Source: Candidatus Latescibacterota bacterium
Lineage (GTDB): Bacteria > Latescibacterota > UBA2968 > UBA8231
Direction of reading: 5' to 3'
DNA: 64,000 nucleotides
Assembly: GCA_965203355.1 (NCBI GenBank)
Contig: OZ241889.1
Span: 32,001-96,000 of the forward strand
The notes under the pieces were generated by a model. That model was not told where the DNA came from and ran no database searches. It worked only from the letters and a program-made list of their open reading frames with translations. Shown here piece by piece: positions 58,413-64,000 of this stretch. The position numbers and the translations under genes were made by a program. Every line of letters starts with the position of its first letter. Position 1 is the stretch's first letter.

Positions 58413-59027
58413 ATGTCGGAAACCGCATTCATCCCGGCGAGCAACAGACTCCAGAATTCATCAGGGATCAACAAAAATCCGAGTGCAGCTAATACTCTTG
58501 CTCGATTGCTTCTTCGGGAAGGGCATGCGGACCGGATCGCGGCTGCACTAAAACAGCATCAAGACGCGAAGCAGTATGACATTGACGTCTTGGAGAGGAC
58601 CATTGAGGGTCGTCCGACATCAAATAGGATCGGTTCCGATGTCGGCGCAGTCATCGCTCTGCCTGACTTAGCGCAAGATTCGCCTACTTTGCCCCAAGTC
58701 AGTTTTCACCAACTCCAAGAGTGGGACGGATATGTCATAGAAATAGGAGAAGACGATTTCACGGTGCGGCTTTTAGATCTGACCGCTGGTTCCTCGCATG
58801 AAGAAGAAGAAGCCGTCATTCCTCTTTCCGAGATTTCAGAAGACGATCGCAAGCGTATGCGTCTTGGTAGTATTTTTCGCTGGGTTATCGGCTATGAGCG
58901 TTCCGCGAGTGGAAGTAAACAGCGCGTCTCCCGTATCGTCTTCCGCGAACTTCCTGTTGTAACCAAACAGGACATAGCCGAAGGAGAGGAATGGGCTAGG
59001 AAGGTCGCTCAGTCATGGGCGGACTAG
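58413..59027 (+). CDS. Hypothetical protein with a beta-rich (OB-like) C-terminal domain
   Basis: Starts 2 nt after the previous stop; LQEWDGYVIEI...FTVRLLDL...GSIFRWVIGYE. Confidence 0.75.
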   Translation: MSETAFIPASNRLQNSSGINKNPSAANTLARLLLREGHADRIAAALKQHQDAKQYDIDVLERTIEGRPTSNRIGSDVGAVIALPDLAQDSPTLPQVSFHQLQEWDGYVIEIGEDDFTVRLLDLTAGSSHEEEEAVIPLSEISEDDRKRMRLGSIFRWVIGYERSASGSKQRVSRIVFRELPVVTKQDIAEGEEWARKVAQSWAD

Positions 59028-60097
59028 CGGCCCTTGGAGCACCGCTTGGACACAATGTGATAGAAGTGACGGTTATAGGACCTAGTTACGGAGAGTGCAT
59101 CCTTCTTCATATTGGGAATGGAAGTTGGATAATTGTCGATTCCTGTCTTAACGCGGAATCGCATCCAGCGGCACTGGCTTATCTCCATTACATGGGCTTA
59201 GATCCTTCTGAAGTAGTTCACCTCATAGTTACCACTCATTGGCACGACGATCATATACGTGGTATGGGAAAACTAGTCGAGGTCTGTGGCAAGGCGACGT
59301 TCTGTTGTGCAGGTGTTTTGGGTGCGAATGAGTTCCGCGCAGCGGTGGGGGCTATGGCGAGCCATCCTATGTCCAAGACTAGTTCTGGAATGCAGGAACT
59401 CTACGAGGTCTTCTCACTGCTCGCGACAAGAGCCTCCAAGCCTATATTCGCTATTGCCAACCGTCGCATTTTCAACCGAGACGGTTGCGAGGTATGGTCT
59501 CTTTCACCTTTCGACAAGGAATTTGGCCTGTTTCTCCAAGAAATAGGTCGTCTCCGGCCACAGGAACGCGAAACAAAAAGGCGCATTCAGACCTTGACGC
59601 CAAACAAAATTGCAGTCGTTTTGTTGATAAAGATTGAAGATGCAGTAATCCTTCTTGGCTCTGATCTTGAAAGGCCTGGTTGGCTAGAGATACTCGCGGA
59701 TCACGAATCGCCGAAGTGCAAAGCCTCCGTTTTCAAAGTTCCACATCACGGTTCCCAAAGTGCCCACGAAGATAGAGTATGGAGTGAGATGCTGCATATT
59801 GAACCAATAGCGGTGCTCACTCCGTGGAGCAAAGGCGGACGGAGCTTGCCGACGCGGAGCGACGTAAGCCGTATTCTCTCATTTACTCGAAAGGCTTATG
59901 CTACGACATCATCCGGTCCTCTTAGCCGCAAACCAGTACGCAGAAGAAATAGAACGGTAGAAAAGACGATCCGGGAAGCTAGCAAAAGTATCAGCCACGT
60001 AGCCCCGCCTCCAGGAATAATCCGTTTGCGCCGGGAATTTGGGGCACAGGATTGGGGTATTGAGATGTTTGAGCCAGCCTGTCGATTGAGCGGATGA
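59015..60097 (+). CDS. MBL-fold metallo-hydrolase, ComEC/Rec2-like putative nuclease
   Basis: IIVDS, THWHDDH (HxHxDH), GSDLE, KVPHHGS. Confidence 0.88.
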   Translation: MGGLAALGAPLGHNVIEVTVIGPSYGECILLHIGNGSWIIVDSCLNAESHPAALAYLHYMGLDPSEVVHLIVTTHWHDDHIRGMGKLVEVCGKATFCCAGVLGANEFRAAVGAMASHPMSKTSSGMQELYEVFSLLATRASKPIFAIANRRIFNRDGCEVWSLSPFDKEFGLFLQEIGRLRPQERETKRRIQTLTPNKIAVVLLIKIEDAVILLGSDLERPGWLEILADHESPKCKASVFKVPHHGSQSAHEDRVWSEMLHIEPIAVLTPWSKGGRSLPTRSDVSRILSFTRKAYATTSSGPLSRKPVRRRNRTVEKTIREASKSISHVAPPPGIIRLRREFGAQDWGIEMFEPACRLSG

Positions 60098-60109
60098 AAG
60101 GTGATACGT

Positions 60110-63100
60110 ATGACTAATCCCCGCGCCACTTTCCAAACGCTTTTGCGCGAGTTGTTTCAGTTTGACTGCGCCGATTTGGACTTTGGCATATACCGCATTG
60201 TGAATCGCAAGCGGGAGGTCATTGAGCGGTTCATAACCGATGATTTGCCGAAAGCGGTAGCCGTGCAACTCGACAGCGGCGCGTTGGCCGATCAGGCGCA
60301 GGCCGAGCGAGCGTTGCAGGAAGTTCGTCAGCGGATTGGGGAGACCTTGGGGGACGCCATTGATGCCGACGGCAATCTGGCAGAGATGTATCACAACACG
60401 CCGCTTGGTAGAGATTACTTAGAGTTGAAGGCGAAATCCGTTGGCGGTCAAGGCCGCGATGCTCTCGAGGCGGCCATTTTCAATCACCTGTACGCTTTCT
60501 TTAGCCGCTACTACCAAGACGGCGATTTCATTTCCAAGCGTCGGTATTCCAAACGCCAACGCTACGCCATTCCGTACAACGGCGAAGAAGTGCATCTCCA
60601 TTGGGCCAATAGCGATCAATACTACATTAAGACCGGCGAGCATTTTTGCGATTATTCGTTTGCCGTGCGCGGCGTCACCGTGCATTTCAAACTTCAGATT
60701 GCCGATGTCGAGCAGGACAACGTAAAGGGCGACAGGCGGTTTTTTCTGCCGTGTATTGAGACGATTGCTTGGGACGAGAAGGCCAAGCGACTTGACATTC
60801 CGTTTGAGTATCGGCCGCTGACTGGATCGGACGACTACGGCAAGAAGAATCAGCAGGAGGCCATCATCGCGAAAGCTGTGGCGGAAATTCCCAAGCAGTT
60901 GGCTAGGGCTACTGACGCGCTGGCGGCTTTGACGGGTGAAAAACGCCGGAACGACGATGCGCAGGCTGTCTCTTTCCTCGAACACCACTTGCGCCAATAT
61001 ACTCGGCGCAACACGTCCGATTTCTTCATTCACAAAGATCTGAAGGGCTTTCTCGTCCGCGAACTCGATTTCTACCTGAAGAATGAGGTGCTGAATCTCG
61101 GCGACATGGAAGTGGCAGGAGAAGATCGCGCTGAGGGCTGGTTTCAGATGATGCGGACGATCCGTTCGGTCGGCGACCAAATCATCGACTTTCTGGACCA
61201 GATCGAAGGCTTCCAGAAAATGTTGTGGGAGAAGCGAAAGTTCGTCACCGAGACGCACTACTGCATTGCGGTTGCACACATTGCCGAGAACTTCTATGCG
61301 GACATCGCCGGATGCGAGGCGCAGTGGGACGAGTGGAAAGCACTGTTCAGCATTGACGAAGATCAAATCGACCTGTTCAACGCGGGCAAGGACAAGACAG
61401 GCAAGCGCGTCGAGTTCTTAAAGGCGCGTCCGACGCTCGTCCTCGATAGCAAACACTTTGACGGCGATTTTGTGGATCGGCTGTTGGGTAGCTTTGACGA
61501 TTTGGACGGGATGACGGATGGAGTTTTGATACACGGCGAGAATTTTCATGCTCTCCACTTTCTGTCGGAAGAATACAAAGGAAAACTACAGTGTGTGCAT
61601 ATTGATCCCCCGTATAATACTCAGTCATCACATGGCTTTCTCTACAAAAATGAATACCAACATTCGAGTTGGCTCGCAATGATGCAAAACCGTATTGCGG
61701 CTACTGTTCCCTTGCTGCGTCAAGAAGGTTCTTTTTTATGTCATATTGATGAGAATGAATATGAGGTTTTGTACTTGCTGTTTGCGAATACAGGCATACC
61801 AGATGGCGGCACTATCGTTTGGGATAAGAAGAATCCCATGCTTGGACGCAAAGGCATTGCTACCCAACATGAGTACGTCTTGTGGCGAGCATGGAGCGAG
61901 TCGTCGGTGTACTTACGTCCTGCTAATGTCCGCATGATGATCGACAAAGCGGAATCACTAATTCGAGAGTACGGATATGTCAATGAACAGGTCCGGCGTG
62001 ATTTCAGTAATTGGGTCAATAGTTGCGAAGGTTTGACCGGTGGAGAGCGAGCGTATCGACTGATTGATGACAATGGTCGGGTTTATCGTGGCGTAGCGAT
62101 GACATGGCCTAACCCTAAGCAGCCACCAGACAAGTTTTTTATTCCCCTTATTCATCCTGTTACCAAAAAGCCATGCCCTGTTCCAAGTAGAGGATGGTCT
62201 CGTACACCTGAAAAAATGCAAGAACTATTGGACCGAGACGAAATCATCTTCGGCAAAGACGAGACCGTACAGCCAACACGAAAGATATTTCTAAAACCTG
62301 ATTCCGGTCGGCAACTATCGTCGGTGCTTAGCGATGCTAGCAGAGGTAAAAACGACTTAGAAAAACTGGGCTTTGAGTTTTCCTACTGCCATCCGGTTTC
62401 GCTCTATGTGGAACTGTTGGGGGCCGCTGCGGCAGAAAGTGGAGATACAGTTCTCGACTACTTCGCCGGCTCTGGCACCACCGGCCACGCCGTCATCAAC
62501 CTCAACCGAGAAGACGGCGGCCAACGAAAATTCATCCTCGTCGAGATGGGCGATCACTTCGACACCGTTCTACTCCCGCGCATTAAAAAAGTCGCATTCA
62601 CGCCCGAATGGAAAGACGGCAAACCCAAGCGCATGGCAACGCCTCAAGAAGCCGAGCGAGGGCCGCGCATCGTCAAGTACATGCACCTTGAAAGTTATGA
62701 GGATGCTCTGAACAACATCGACTTCGACGAAGCGGCCGCACAAAAAGCGTTGCAATTCGACGACTACCTGCTCAAGTACATGCTCCAATGGGAAACCAAG
62801 CGCAGCGCGACCCTGCTGAACGTAGAAAAGCTATCGCAACCCTTCCGCTACACGCTACATATCCACGCCGACGGCCAAACGCGGCAGCAAATCGCCGACA
62901 TCCCAGAAACCTTCAATTACTTACTCGGCCTGCGCGTCGAGACGCGGCGCGTATATTACGACGACGACCGACGATACTTGGTCTATCGCGGCCAAACGGA
63001 CCAGCAACAAATCGTCGTCATCTGGCGAGAAACCCAAGGCTGGGACAAAGCCGCTCTAGTGCGCGACAAAGAGTTCGTAGCCGAGCAGCAATTAACCGAC

Positions 63101-63205
63101 AGCGCGGACGAAGTCTATGTCAACGGCGATTCATTCATCCGCGAAGCCAAAGCACTAGAACCAACGTTCAAGCGGCGAATGTTCGCGGAGACGAGGACAC
63201 AATGA
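60110..63205 (+). CDS. mod: Adenine-specific DNA methyltransferase, type III R-M Mod-like
   Basis: IDPPYN before DYFAGSGTT (beta class); LDFGIYRI, FFSRYY and DFFIHKDL in the long N-terminus. Confidence 0.9.
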   Translation: MTNPRATFQTLLRELFQFDCADLDFGIYRIVNRKREVIERFITDDLPKAVAVQLDSGALADQAQAERALQEVRQRIGETLGDAIDADGNLAEMYHNTPLGRDYLELKAKSVGGQGRDALEAAIFNHLYAFFSRYYQDGDFISKRRYSKRQRYAIPYNGEEVHLHWANSDQYYIKTGEHFCDYSFAVRGVTVHFKLQIADVEQDNVKGDRRFFLPCIETIAWDEKAKRLDIPFEYRPLTGSDDYGKKNQQEAIIAKAVAEIPKQLARATDALAALTGEKRRNDDAQAVSFLEHHLRQYTRRNTSDFFIHKDLKGFLVRELDFYLKNEVLNLGDMEVAGEDRAEGWFQMMRTIRSVGDQIIDFLDQIEGFQKMLWEKRKFVTETHYCIAVAHIAENFYADIAGCEAQWDEWKALFSIDEDQIDLFNAGKDKTGKRVEFLKARPTLVLDSKHFDGDFVDRLLGSFDDLDGMTDGVLIHGENFHALHFLSEEYKGKLQCVHIDPPYNTQSSHGFLYKNEYQHSSWLAMMQNRIAATVPLLRQEGSFLCHIDENEYEVLYLLFANTGIPDGGTIVWDKKNPMLGRKGIATQHEYVLWRAWSESSVYLRPANVRMMIDKAESLIREYGYVNEQVRRDFSNWVNSCEGLTGGERAYRLIDDNGRVYRGVAMTWPNPKQPPDKFFIPLIHPVTKKPCPVPSRGWSRTPEKMQELLDRDEIIFGKDETVQPTRKIFLKPDSGRQLSSVLSDASRGKNDLEKLGFEFSYCHPVSLYVELLGAAAAESGDTVLDYFAGSGTTGHAVINLNREDGGQRKFILVEMGDHFDTVLLPRIKKVAFTPEWKDGKPKRMATPQEAERGPRIVKYMHLESYEDALNNIDFDEAAAQKALQFDDYLLKYMLQWETKRSATLLNVEKLSQPFRYTLHIHADGQTRQQIADIPETFNYLLGLRVETRRVYYDDDRRYLVYRGQTDQQQIVVIWRETQGWDKAALVRDKEFVAEQQLTDSADEVYVNGDSFIREAKALEPTFKRRMFAETRTQ

Positions 63206-64000
63206 GCAATAAATCGACGATCATTGAAGAAATCGATCGGCTGAAAAGGGAACTGGACAAATTGCGTCCATTGCCGGCTGACATCGTGGGGCGCATAGAA
63301 CAAAAGCTCAGGCTTGAGTCGAATTATCACTCCAACGCCATAGAAGGCAACAGCCTGACTCTCGGCGAGACGAGAAGTCTGATCCTCCATGGGCTTACTG
63401 CCCACGGGAAACCCATGCGCGATCATTTGGACATTGAGGGGCATGACGAAGCAGTAAAGGCGATAGAGGATGCCGTAAAAAGAAACGAGGGCCTCAACGA
63501 AGCCTTCATCCGCAATCTCCATAAAGTGTTGTTGAAGGAGCCTTACGAAAATGATGCAATAACGCCAGAAGGACAGCCCGCGAAGCGTCTCATTTCTATT
63601 GGCACGTACAAAACACAGCCCAACAACGTGCGAACCTCTACCGGCGAGATATACTATTTTACGCCCCCGGAACAGGTGAAACCGGCGATGAGCGATCTCA
63701 CAGACTGGTACAGAAAAAACGAAGAAAAGGGCGAACACCCCATTGTCATGGCGGCCACATTTCACTACCGCTTTGTCCGCATTCATCCTTTTGACGATGG
63801 GAACGGACGCATGGCTCGGCTTTTGATGAATATGATCTTAACCAAACACGGCTACACGCTGGCAATCATACCCATAGAGGAGAGAGGCCAATACATCCAA
63901 ACGTTAGAGCAAGCCGACAAGAGCGAAGACTTAGCCGAGTTTATCACTTACATCGCACATTGTTGCCAATATGCCCTGAATCTCCATCTGCAAGCCGTGC
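63202..64000 (+). CDS. Fic family protein (runs off the window edge)
   Basis: ATGA overlap with mod; SNAIEGN inhibitory motif and HPFDDGNGRMAR catalytic motif. Confidence 0.93.
   Translation, partial: MSNKSTIIEEIDRLKRELDKLRPLPADIVGRIEQKLRLESNYHSNAIEGNSLTLGETRSLILHGLTAHGKPMRDHLDIEGHDEAVKAIEDAVKRNEGLNEAFIRNLHKVLLKEPYENDAITPEGQPAKRLISIGTYKTQPNNVRTSTGEIYYFTPPEQVKPAMSDLTDWYRKNEEKGEHPIVMAATFHYRFVRIHPFDDGNGRMARLLMNMILTKHGYTLAIIPIEERGQYIQTLEQADKSEDLAEFITYIAHCCQYALNLHLQAV

Overview
Bacterial chromosome segment, mostly GC-rich; the FlgD-Ig/T9SS-like C-terminal domain hints at an FCB-group host such as Latescibacterota or Gemmatimonadota (inference only). Left end: a complete type I-C CRISPR-Cas locus (cas3-cas5-cas8c with internal cas11-cas7-cas4-cas1-cas2), a leader, and an array of 119 repeats and 118 spacers (counted by eye). 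The cas operon holds two extra degenerate repeats. The first, between cas3 and cas5, forms a promoter-repeat-spacer-terminator unit whose spacer partly matches a TTC-PAM-flanked site over the -10 box of the cas5 promoter (probable RNA-guided autorepression). The second sits alone between the cas1 stop and the cas2 start. Several spacer groups sample the same foreign loci in different tandem-microduplication alleles. Middle: housekeeping and metabolic genes (ABC substrate-binding protein, hflX, a histidine kinase lacking the H-box His, gluconokinase, an Mrp antiporter operon, serS, folD, glgP, peptidases, glcDF) and a 1440-aa secreted protein preceded by a poly-C leader ORF and followed by tandem copies of its own 3' end. 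Right end: a more AT-rich island with an uncharacterised three-gene cassette (hypothetical, OB-like hypothetical, ComEC-like MBL hydrolase), a type III R-M-like methyltransferase and a Fic protein. All alignments were done by eye; no database searches were run.
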